A program made the translations under genes and the position numbers. DNA of 64,000 nucleotides from Rhizophagus irregularis (lineage: Eukaryota), in the NCBI RefSeq assembly GCF_026210795.1, contig NC_089429.1, positions 5,642,001 through 5,706,000 on the forward strand, read 5' to 3'. Below are positions 10,923-22,016 of this stretch, piece by piece; position 1 is the first letter of the stretch; each line of letters begins with the position of its first letter. The notes under the pieces are model-generated. The model did no database searches. It worked only from the letters and a program-made list of their open reading frames with translations, and was not told the origin of the DNA.

Positions 10923-12881
10923 ATGACAAGAAAAGAGAGGAAGAAAGGTCCTACTTGGAGCCATTTCACTATTGTAGGCAAAAATAACGACTCGCATCCT
11001 CCTGTAAATTGTAAATACTGTTTAAAATATTATCAACGAGCCGTTCCCGTACGAATGCAAGAACATTTGGACAAATGCTCAAAAGCACCGGATGATGCAA
11101 AATCACCATCAATATTGAGGGGCAGTATGGATGAAGAATCACTAAATAAAATACACTATCTAGGACATTGTTATCAGCACGGAATAGGGATTGAAAAAAA
11201 TGAAATCAGAGCATTTCAATTATATAAAGAGGCAGCTGAAAATGGACATATTATTTCTAAATACAAACTTGGAAGGTGCTATCAACATGGAATAGGAATT
11301 GAAAAAGACGAAATTAAAGCATTTAAATTTTATTATGAAGTAGCTCAACATAGTCAAAATAGGCACATCATTTCGATATATGAGCTTGGAGAATGTTATC
11401 GATATGGAATAGGGACTGAAATAAGTGAAATTAAAGCGTTTGAATTTTACAATATTGCAGCTGAAAGTGGTCATATTACTTCAATATATAAGCTTGGAGA
11501 ATGTTATCAACATGGAATAGGAACTAAAATAAACGGAATTAAAGCGTTTCAACTTTACAAAGAAGCAGCCCAAAAAGGTCATGTTACTTCAATGTATAAA
11601 CTTGGAAAATGCTATTACGATGGAATAGGAACTGAAATAAATGTAGTTAAAGCGGTTGAATTTTACAAAGAAGCAGCCCAAAAAGGTCATACTAATTCAC
11701 TATATAAGTTTGGAGAATTACGTCAATATGGAATAGGAACTGAAATAGATAAAATTGAAGCCTTTGAATGTTACAAAGCAGCAGCTAAATTAGGAGATCC
11801 CGATTCATTGTATAAAATTGGAGAATGTCATCGTTATGGAATAGGAACTGAAGAAAATAAAGCTAAAGCATTTGAATTTTACAAAGAAGCGGCTAAATTA
11901 GGTCATATTACTTCAATATATAAACTTGGAGTATGTTATCAATTTGGAATAGGAACTGAAGAAAATAAACTTAAAGCATTTGAATCATATAAAGAAGCAG
12001 CCGAGAAAGATAATATTGATTCAATACACAGTCTTGGATATTGTCATCAATATGGAATAGGGACTGAAAAAGATAAAATTAAAGCGTTTGAATCATATGG
12101 AAGAGCAGCTCAAAGCCATCATATTAATTCACTATATCAACTTGCAATTTGTTATCAATATGGAATAGGGACTGAAAAAGATGTTACTAAAGCATTTGAA
12201 CTATATAAAGAAGCAGCTGAGAAAGGTGATATTGATTCAATACACAGTCTTGGATATTGCTATCAAAACGGAATAGGAACTGAAAAAAATGACGCTAAAG
12301 CATTTGAATCATATAAAAAAGCGGCTCAAAATGAACATATTGATTCACTATATCAGCTTGGGACATGTTATCTATTTGGAATAGGGACTGAAATAGATGA
12401 AATTAAAGCATTTGAATCATATAAAGAAGCAGCTGAGAAAGGTGATCTTGATTCAATACACAATCTTGGATATTGTTACCAACACGGAATAGGGACTAAA
12501 AAAGATGCAATTAAAGCATTTGAATTATATGAAGAAGCAACCCAAAATGATCATATTGATTCACTATATCAACTTGGAATTTGTTATCAATATGGAATAG
12601 GGACTGAAAAAAATGAATCTAAAGCATTTGAACTATATAAAGAAGCAGCTGAGAAAGGTGATATTGGCTCATTGCACAATCTTGGATATTGTTATCAACA
12701 CGGAATAGGGACTAAAAAAGATGTAACTAAAGCATTTGAATCATATGAAACAGCGGCTAAACATCATCATATTGATTCAATATATCAACTTAAAACTTGT
12801 TATCAATATGGAATAGGAACTGAACTAAATATATTCAAAGCAAATGAATTACAAAAAAGACTATTGTCGTCTTATACATAA
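10923..12881 (+). CDS. BED zinc finger - Sel1-like repeat fusion protein, 16 SLRs
   Basis: TWSHF...CKYC-x14-H-x3-C, short linker, 16 GIG-containing 36-aa repeats; intact 652-aa ORF. Confidence 0.9.
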   Translation: MTRKERKKGPTWSHFTIVGKNNDSHPPVNCKYCLKYYQRAVPVRMQEHLDKCSKAPDDAKSPSILRGSMDEESLNKIHYLGHCYQHGIGIEKNEIRAFQLYKEAAENGHIISKYKLGRCYQHGIGIEKDEIKAFKFYYEVAQHSQNRHIISIYELGECYRYGIGTEISEIKAFEFYNIAAESGHITSIYKLGECYQHGIGTKINGIKAFQLYKEAAQKGHVTSMYKLGKCYYDGIGTEINVVKAVEFYKEAAQKGHTNSLYKFGELRQYGIGTEIDKIEAFECYKAAAKLGDPDSLYKIGECHRYGIGTEENKAKAFEFYKEAAKLGHITSIYKLGVCYQFGIGTEENKLKAFESYKEAAEKDNIDSIHSLGYCHQYGIGTEKDKIKAFESYGRAAQSHHINSLYQLAICYQYGIGTEKDVTKAFELYKEAAEKGDIDSIHSLGYCYQNGIGTEKNDAKAFESYKKAAQNEHIDSLYQLGTCYLFGIGTEIDEIKAFESYKEAAEKGDLDSIHNLGYCYQHGIGTKKDAIKAFELYEEATQNDHIDSLYQLGICYQYGIGTEKNESKAFELYKEAAEKGDIGSLHNLGYCYQHGIGTKKDVTKAFESYETAAKHHHIDSIYQLKTCYQYGIGTELNIFKANELQKRLLSSYT

Positions 12882-13043
12882 TACATTATTCCAAGCTTAA
12901 TCACCAAAAAAATTGGAATTTGGATGGATCAGTATATACGGTATATCCGTGCGTGTATCCATTCAGAGAATTGGTCACTGCATGCTACGCATGACAATCA
13001 CACTGTGAATTTTTTAGATAATACTGTACAGATGATATTCAAG

Positions 13044-13902
13044 CAGGGCTTGAACTCGCACTCGAGTCAGAATTTTTTTTGATTCGAGTTATATATATTT
13101 GATTTGAGAGTTTTATTTATTTTTTAATTTATTTAATATATAGTAAAAAAATATTCTTTACGATTATAATATTAATTATTAAAAAAAAACGAGGTTCATT
13201 TTTTTAAAAATTAATAAAATTAGATCGGCTAATTTAAATTATCTACCAATTTTTTTTTTATATAGTGTTTTTATTAAAAATTATAAATTTTTTTAAAAAA
13301 GGGTCGGCCATGGAGGTTGAAATATCAACATACCCAATAACTAGACAATCCATTAAATTGTCCGGTCGATCTGTTTTTTTTTAAAAAAAATCATTTTATT
13401 TAATAAAAAATGCATTTTAACATATAACATATATGTTTCATTGTTTTTTTTAATAATAAAAAAAACAAAAATTGGTTCTAATCAATTTCCTATATTTTAA
13501 AAAGCTGAAATTTTTTTTTTAGAATAAAAATTAATTATCTTTTTTAATATTGCTGATTTGCAATTGCATTTGCGGATTATCATTGGTGCATTTATAAATT
13601 CCACAACATTACATTTTTAACTTCTCATTAATATCTTCAACTAATGAAGAATACTTGCTTTGCATTAAATGATGATCACGCGAGTTGAATCAGCTGATCA
13701 TGAATTTTATAAATACGTTAATGAGAAAATTCATATATATTAGATATATATATATTAGATATAAAAAATTTTTGCACTTGTGATAAAATCAAGTCAAAAT
13801 TCGAGTTGAGTGCTAAAACTCGAATTCTGACTCGAATTCTAACTCGAGTACTCTTCAAGTCAGAAATTTTCTTGACGTTGACATACATCGTCCCAAGCTC
13901 AA
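13044..13902. mobile_element. Non-autonomous hAT-like element
   Basis: 8-bp direct repeat TATTCAAG at 13036-13043 and 13903-13910; left end CAGGGCTTG, degenerate right end CAAGCTCAA; clustered ACTCGA/TCGAGT subterminal motifs at both ends. Confidence 0.6.
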
Positions 13903-15088
13903 TATTCAAGAATTTTACATTATTAATATATATAAATTTCACAAACTACATTTCTTTTTTGAAATTATTATTTATAGTTAATTTTCAAATCATTTATGAC
14001 TAAAAAATCATTAAATATAGTATATAGTTTTAAAAGTATTATGCAATTTAATGTATTTATTTTGAGTTACACGCATTTTTATAATCTAATGACTTTTTTC
14101 AATTTTCTAACATGTGAAAAAATTACAACTTGCAATTTGAAAATAAATTTTCATCTTTCTGTTATTACATTCTGATTGCTGAAATTTTTTTTGATATTAC
14201 TTTTGATATTGTTCTTAATAATACTATATTTGGCCTCTTTTGGTATTGCTAGAATTACTAAATTTATTTATCGTAAGGAAAATTTTCTTTAGTTAGATTA
14301 TTTAAGAAAATTTAAAACTCTATATAATTTTTATGTAAATGTATTTAGTTTTAATCTGTTTAAATATACTTAATTCAGTTCAATTACATCACGTGATATC
14401 AACGTTGCCGATGAAAATTATTCACTCCTCTTCTAGAAATAAAATAAGCAAAAATTATTTTATTTTATATAAAAATTCAACGTTTTTTTATTTTTTAAAT
14501 AATATACTGTACACCGAACTTTATTTGCTTTATTGCATATTGTCTTGTTATATTTACCTATTTATATACCGATCATGCAACTACCGCAACTGTTGAAAGA
14601 ATTAAATGATAAAATAAAAAGTACGGTTCTTATACTTATATATGATACTATACATCTCTCAAAAAAATAAAGGTCAAACAGAGATTGATTTAATTAAAAT
14701 AAACGCAAATTTCAAAAATTAATTCAACTCGTTTCGAAAAATTTCACTAGTCGTATAAATTGTACGATCATGAATTGCAGTTAGGAATTTTTTTTAAACG
14801 TTATTACAAAGATACATAATACAGTATAATAATAATATAATGTATATAGAAAATTAATTTATAACGATGGATAAAATAAAAATTTTTTAGCATTATATAC
14901 AAAATACTAAGAAAGCGGAAATCGTTAAAACAATTGAGACTACGTTCAACCGAAAATTTGGCATACAATTTTTTTGTTTTATTATTATTATTATTATGTT
15001 CCTATAACAATATCAAAGCTCGTGCGCATAATACAAATGCTTTAATTTATTTATTTCAATTTCTAATCCATATCTATAACATTCTATA

Positions 15089-16594
15089 TTAATACAATAT
15101 GACATTTCTGACATTTCTGAACCTTTCCTCCGCTTCTTTATATAATTCACATGCATTGATTTTATTAGCTTCGGTTCCAATTCTGAACCTTTCCTCTACT
15201 TCTTTATATAATTCACATGCTTTAATTTTATTTGCTTCGGTTCCAATTCCAAAATCATAACATTCTCCAAGCTCATATATTGAACTAATATGACCTCTTT
15301 CAGCTGCTTCTTTATATGATTCAAACGCTTTAATTTTATTTATTTCAGTTCCTATCCCATGTTTATAACATTCTCCAAGTTGATATATTGATTCAATATG
15401 ACCTTTTTGAGCAGCTTTGTTATATAATTCAAATGCTTTAATTTCATTTTTTTCAGTTCCTATTCTATAATTATAGCAATCTCCAAGTTCAAATATTGAA
15501 ATAATATGTCCTTTTTCAGCTGCTTCTTCGTATGCTTTAAATGCTTTAATTTTATTTATTTCGGTTCCTATTCCATGTTGATAACAATAACCGAGTTCAT
15601 ACGTTGATTCAATATGACCTTTTTGGGCCGCTTCTTTATATAATTCAAATGCTTTAATTTCATTTTTTTCGATTCCTACTCCATGTTGATAAAATCTTCC
15701 AAGATTATACTTTGAAATAATGTGACCTTTTCCGGCTGCTTCTTTATATAATTGAAATGCTTTGGTTTCATCTTTTTCGGTCCCTATTCCATATTGATAA
15801 CAATAGCCAAGCTCATATATTGAACTAATATGACCTTTTTGAGTCGCTTCTTTATATGATTCAAATGCTCTAATTTTATTTATTTCAGTTCCTATTCCAT
15901 AATTATAACATTCTCCAAGTTCATATATTGAACTAATATGTCCTTTTTCTGCTGCTTTTTTATATGAATTAAATGATTCAATTTCATTTATTTCAGTTCC
16001 TATTCCATAATTATAACACTCTCCAAGTTCATATATTGAAGTAATATGTTCATTTTGAGCCGCTTCTTTGTATGATTCGAATGCTTTAATTTCATTTTTT
16101 TCGATTCCTATTCCATATTGATAACATTTTCCAAGATAATATTTTGAATTAATATGACCTTTTTCAGCAGCTTCTTCATATAATTGAAATGCTCTAATTT
16201 CATTTTTTTCGATTCCTATTCCATGCTGATAACAATATCCTAGATAGTGTATTTTATTTAGTGATTCTAATTGGTTACTATAATCTATTTGGACATTTAT
16301 TTCTTCACTATTATTTTGTAACTTGAAAGGTGAAAGTAATACATTAACATTCTGATCTTCACCCATACGGTCACTAGTAAAGTTGACAATTATTGGTTGC
16401 TGTCTAGATTGTAATTTTGAATCATTCAGTGCCGTTTGACATTTGTTAAGATGGGCTTGCATCCGTTCGGGAACAGCTCGTTCATACTTTTTGGAACAGT
16501 ATTTACATTGCACGGGAGGGTGTGAATTGTTACTTTTGTCTACAATAATGAAATGCTCCCAAACAGGACCTTTCTTTCTTTCTCTTCTTATCAT
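15089..16594 (-). CDS. BED zinc finger - Sel1-like repeat fusion protein, 10 SLRs plus a partial terminal duplication
   Basis: VWEHF...CKYC-x14-H-x3-C; 10 SLRs; 66-bp duplication at 15115-15249 gives IGTEANKIxACELYKExEERFR twice. Confidence 0.9.
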   Translation of the reverse strand: MIRRERKKGPVWEHFIIVDKSNNSHPPVQCKYCSKKYERAVPERMQAHLNKCQTALNDSKLQSRQQPIIVNFTSDRMGEDQNVNVLLSPFKLQNNSEEINVQIDYSNQLESLNKIHYLGYCYQHGIGIEKNEIRAFQLYEEAAEKGHINSKYYLGKCYQYGIGIEKNEIKAFESYKEAAQNEHITSIYELGECYNYGIGTEINEIESFNSYKKAAEKGHISSIYELGECYNYGIGTEINKIRAFESYKEATQKGHISSIYELGYCYQYGIGTEKDETKAFQLYKEAAGKGHIISKYNLGRFYQHGVGIEKNEIKAFELYKEAAQKGHIESTYELGYCYQHGIGTEINKIKAFKAYEEAAEKGHIISIFELGDCYNYRIGTEKNEIKAFELYNKAAQKGHIESIYQLGECYKHGIGTEINKIKAFESYKEAAERGHISSIYELGECYDFGIGTEANKIKACELYKEVEERFRIGTEANKINACELYKEAEERFRNVRNVILY

Positions 16595-16890
16595 CTGGTT
16601 ATTGTTTAATCGTGTGTAAAAAAATAACCAAGTTCAGAGAATTGAGACGATAAAAACAAAAGGATATTTATAGGAAATTGGCCAATTGATGCTAATGAAA
16701 AAAGGAAATTTTGTATTACAAAAAAATGTAACAATAAAAGTTCCACATAAACAAATCATTAATCAAGTACTAGAAGAAAGGGAGAATTGTTTTATCGGTT
16801 AATTAACATTAACTACACTGTATGACTGTAAAATGTTACGTTACACAAACGAATTTGACTCCGTAAACTGTTATAAACTGTTCAAAAAAT

Positions 16891-17042
16891 GGGGCGAGTG
16901 CTGGGAAAAGGGACCATATTGACAAAAAAATTTTTTTTTAAAAAATAACAAAATGTGGATCAGATGGTCAGATCTACAATTATTTTATAAACTTTTTTTT
17001 GAAAAAAATTTCAATTTGGTCCCTTTTCCCAGCACTTACCCC
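16891..17042. mobile_element. 152-bp MITE upstream of Sel1 gene 3
   Basis: 32-bp TIRs ggggcgagtgctgggaaaagggaccatattga / tcaatttggtcccttttcccagcacttacccc (3 mismatches), flanked by AAAT on both sides. Confidence 0.85.
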
Positions 17043-19807
17043 AAATGGTCATTGTCGCAAAGTTCTAGAACAAACTTAACGATTTACACAAAATCACAAA
17101 TCAAGTAACGTAAATAAGACCAGTAAAAATGGAAATAAACAAAGTTCGTCGGCGTAAAATTTGTTAAGAAAGATCAATGTATCTAAATTAACGTATTATT
17201 CCAAACAAACGATGCTGCAAAATTCGGGTATGAGGAATCGGGTTATAATTTTAATTTACGATTTTACGGAAACAATAACTCCGTCATGAATAAAGTTAAT
17301 TAACCTAATGAAGTTGCGCAGTATCTCTTTAACTGTTAATAAAATTATTTAAATTTGTGCATAACTAGTAGTACTCAGGAAAATGAAATTTTACATCGAC
17401 TAATTAATAATTAAAAATAAAAATTTTATATCTGCTTTTTGAATAATGCACATTTTATTAAAGTGTGAAATTTTTCATGGTTTAAATTATTATTTTTAAT
17501 TTTTTTGTATCGTTATTTCATTCGAATTATGTCTAAACTTAGCCTCAAGCGTTGGCCAAATAAAATTTTTATATGTTAAAAACTTCTATACTTGCCATTC
17601 TTTAGAAATTTAGGTTCAAATTAAATATAATTTTCGGTATTTAAATCATTAAGGAACTATTAATCGCGAAAAGATATGATAATTGGGTACGGCGGTTAAA
17701 TATCATCCAGTTCGGTAAAATTATTTCAACTCTCTTATCCAAACTTGGAAGTTTGAATGAAAATTTATATAGTAATACCATTGAACTACGCCATTTTATT
17801 GATATCACAAAAAGTATAAAAAAAACATACTGATTAAATGAAATTACTATTTATATAATTACCCTTCCTAACGTAGTGAGAGTACAAAGGAAGATTGTTT
17901 CCAAAACCAAATTTTATTATATGTCTTTATTATCATCCCTTTAGAAATTATTTTACGCAATATTTTTATTAAACACAATGTATTCAAATAACTGTAATGT
18001 ATCTAAATTACTATTGTTATGTGCCTGGCATGTATTTGAATTATAATATATTGGTAAGATCAGGATTAACTTGTACTACGTTATCCATTAATTTACATTT
18101 CGTAAATTAATTTGTGACACCCATATGAAAAACAATAATTTAACTATCGCATAACCACATGATGCATAAAATTTTTTCTTGTTCTTATTATGGCAGGAGG
18201 TAAGGGAAGTCAAAAATTAATCCTTACTTATAAACCAATTAAATATTTAATTTCGGGAGTGCTAAATTGGCTTCTTTTAGAAATTAATAAAATTTTAGAT
18301 CTTATTAATCATATTACTCTTGAACATATTAACGCTTGAAATATCTGAGGATCACATAACTTTCATAGATTTATTAAAGGTTTCTTTCCTTGTTCGTTAA
18401 TTAGTAGTTTTTTCAAACAATTATTAGTTACGAAATCAAAAGTTGAAATTTTATCATACAATTTTAGGAACGAAATTTTGGATAAATCTATGATTTTTTG
18501 GAAAATGAGGTGTAATAAGCTTAATGAAATTGATAAAGGTTTGGGAATTGATAAAAATGTTAAAAAACAACATTTTGGTAAAGAGCAGTTTATTGACAAA
18601 ACGCGCATATCTAAAAATAAGAAACACTTTAATCTACAATGTCTTCAAAGTCATATTTATTATGGGGTAATACAGTAGATTACTATAATATTATTGATTA
18701 CGGTAGTGTTTCGTAGTTTTATTTTTTATTTTTATTTTTCTTAGCTTGTTGTACTATTAGTTAAAGGTGTTGTGGCGGGTTTTTATATAACATTACCGAA
18801 GTCCATACGAATAATAGTAGTTATGCGGATATTTTAGTGAACCTATTTGGTGTGCAGGATGGTAGATAGTTCTTTTGAACATAGAATCTTAAGTCTCTAA
18901 TAATATTTTTTTTCGATCGTAAATGTTATATCATGTAGATCTTTTCTTTTTTTGTAATTTTTCTTATTTCCTAATAAGGTAATAAATTGACTTAAAAAAA
19001 AAAAAAAAAAAATTAAATGATCATCTTTAAATTAAGAGAAACGTGATCAAACGTATAATTAATCTACTATTTGAAGACAATTAATCAAAATAATATCTCT
19101 TAAAGATGATACTGTTAAGGGGATTTTACATAACATTGACAAGAGCATTACCGATAATCTAATTTATTCTTTCTTTAATTGGATATCTAAATCCGTTGTA
19201 TTATAACAGAATGAAAAATAATAATTGTTTCCATTTTACTAATTTTTTTTAGGGCAAAGATTATTTTTCAAATTCCAGAATTTATTTTTAGATCAGGTGA
19301 TTTGTCGATCGATAGCGCTGCCTCCAAAAATTGTAGCCGGACCAGGTAACATATAATATTACGTGTGTGACAATTAGAGTTTTTATAAAAAAAATGGCGT
19401 TACTATCAAGACATAAAATACTTCATATGAAAAAAATGAAATAGACCCTCTTTTATTTTATCCAAAAATAAGGATATAATAGCTATTTCTAACACATTTA
19501 TTTTTTAGTAACCATTTAACTGTAAGGTAGAAATCAACTAAGCCTACATATTTTGTTTAAATTCACTTCAAAAAAAAAGCACTACCCTTTCCAAGCCTTC
19601 CGCCTCTAAGATTGGTTGCCGTAAGTAGCGATTATTATATATCGAATTACATCCTTTAGCGATTGTAATATTATAAACGTAAGCTGTAAATTGGCTGTAA
19701 ATACTACATTATTGTGGTTAGCTAAAAGATGGTAATTCTGATTTACAACCATTATATTTACTTGACTTTTGAACTTACACCTAATTACGGAGACCAACAC
19801 TACCTGA

Positions 19808-20660
19808 TACTAAAGCATTTGGATCATCATGTAAAGAAGCAGATAAATTGTGTAATCTAGATTCATTGTAAATGTTATAGATATGGAATAGGAACCAAAA
19901 TAAATACCCTATAAATAGGTAATTTTCTAGTTTTTATTCCGAAGAAACTCAGACGCGTAATCATTTTTCTGAAAAATTTTTTAGAAGGCATTATATGAGC
20001 TTGGAAAATGTTATCAATATGGAGTAGAAGTCGAAACAAATAAATCAAAGCAGCACAAGAAAGCGATGTCAAAATAATTAAAATTATTTGCCTAAAAAAA
20101 AAAAGAAATATCGAAACGCTAGTAAAACGTTTCATTAAAATAAATTATTAAAAGAAAATTCTTCTCCCCACTGAATTTCCCACATCAGGAAATTTTTTAG
20201 GCGTAATCCTGCGATGACTTAATGCATAAGTTTTGTAAATTTTTTATGAAAATTTACGTGAACTTGTGTACCCATCGCAGGGCTACTAATTCTTAATTAC
20301 ATCTGATAATTTCTGAATGCACGTGCCCAAAGAGTCGAAGAACCAATCGTCTAAAAAAGAAGAAAGAAAATGGATATTATTTAAAAGAATACAAAGAAGC
20401 AGCTGAATTAGATAACCTTGATTCATTGCGTAAACTTGGATATTGTTAATATTGTTATATGGAATAGAAACTGAAAGAAGATGGAATTAAAGCATTTGAA
20501 TCATATAATAAAGCAGCTTAAAATCTTACTAAATCAACTTGGGATTTGTTATCAATATGAAATAGGAACTGAAATAAACATGATCAAAGCATATGAATTA
20601 TATACAAATTATTATAGTCGTAAATTAATTTAATATAGTAATGAAAATTTTATATTTTGA
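19808..20660 (+). pseudogene. Fragmented Sel1-repeat pseudogene (3' part)
   Basis: Broken SLR codons (tatggaataggaac, gagcttggaaaatgttatcaatatgga, aaagcatttgaatcatata); tail 20550-20665 matches 5680-5780 behind gene 1. Confidence 0.8.
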
Positions 20661-20671
20661 ATATATCTTTA

Positions 20672-21785
20672 GGGCGTCATTATTTGGCGACTTGTCACCC
20701 AATCACGTGATTTAATAAAATTTTTGATTGGCTAATTTTATGAAAAATTTTATTGTTATTTTTTAAAAAAAAAACTTTAAAAACTTAGCCAAAACAAATT
20801 ATTTTTTTTTTTAAATATTATATGAAAAAAACATGAATTTTTATTTAAATTTTTTGTAAGATATGACTAATCTAATTTTATTTGATTTTATAATTGAACT
20901 TCTTAAATAAATAAAGAATAAAATAAATGAAATAAGGAAAAGAAAAGAGAAAAAGAACAAAGGGGAAGAAATGAAGGAAGGAAAAGAAAAAAAACAAAGG
21001 AACAAAAGAAAAAAGAAACAAAAGGATAAGAAAAAGTGAAAAATGAAATATCATAAAGTAAACAAAATTGAAGTACAAAATGGAACATGAAGTAAAGAAC
21101 AAAATGGAACGTGAAGTAAAGAACGAAATGGAACGTGAAGTAAAGAACATGAAGTAAAGAACAAAATGGAACATGAAGAACGAAATGGAATAGGAAATAA
21201 AAGAGGGAAGAAAGGAAATAAAATGAAATAAAACAAGCAATAGAAATGGATGGAATAAAGAAACGAAATAAGAATAAAGAATAAAGAAAGAAATAAGATT
21301 AGTGTGGTGGAATAAGGAGTAAAAAAACAAAAATCAAAACCAAATCCTAAAAACATACCTTTATTGTAGCATCTCAAAATCAAGAAAATAATGAAACATT
21401 AGTAAATGTGTCATTAAAAAATCAACAAAACCACTTTTTCGAATATTACCTTCCAAGCCCAGTGTTAAACTACCTGAACCCTAGAAAAAAGGAATAAGCG
21501 AAACATTAGTAAATAATTCATTAAAGAAATCAACAAAAAAAAATTTTTTTTTTATATTACGCGAAATAAAAAAAAAGAAATTAGCAAAACGTTAGTAAAC
21601 GTTTTATTAAAGAAATAGAAAAGAAAAAGAAAAGAAAAAGAAGAAACAATAAACATACCTGGTTTATAGTAAGAAAAACGTTTTTTAAAAAACAAAAGAC
21701 ACGTTAAAAAAAGATTATCTATAAGCAAATAATCATATGAAGTAGCCAATCAAAATATGTTTATTCACGTGATTTAAAGGTCGCC
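20672..21785. mobile_element. Non-autonomous Mutator-like (MULE) element with purine-rich interior
   Basis: 9-bp direct repeat ATATCTTTA at 20663-20671 and 21786-21794; imperfect TIRs ggcgac...aatcacgtga...ttttgattggcta / tagccaatcaaaa...tcacgtgatt...gtcgcc; internal ~24-bp repeats aaatggaacRtgaagtaaagaac at ~21078-21190. Confidence 0.65.
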
Positions 21786-22016
21786 ATATCTTTATGGTAA
21801 TTTTCATCATTACTTAGAGACTGGAATTTAAGATAGATTTAAAATTTTGGCAAAAAATCCAAAATTTTTTCAGCTCGATTATAACTATTATTTTGGTATC
21901 TATATTATCCTTCAAATTATTATATGAAAGTACAAAAAGATCAAATTTATTTGTCGCAATTCTTTTTAATAGATTTGAGAAAATTAAAATTTTAAATAAT
22001 TAGTTTTAATGGTATA

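Noticed and set aside
20878..21383. Phe/Leu-rich minus-strand ORFs that look like membrane proteins
   Set aside because: Artefact of low-complexity A/G-rich sequence inside the MULE-like element; open in all three frames
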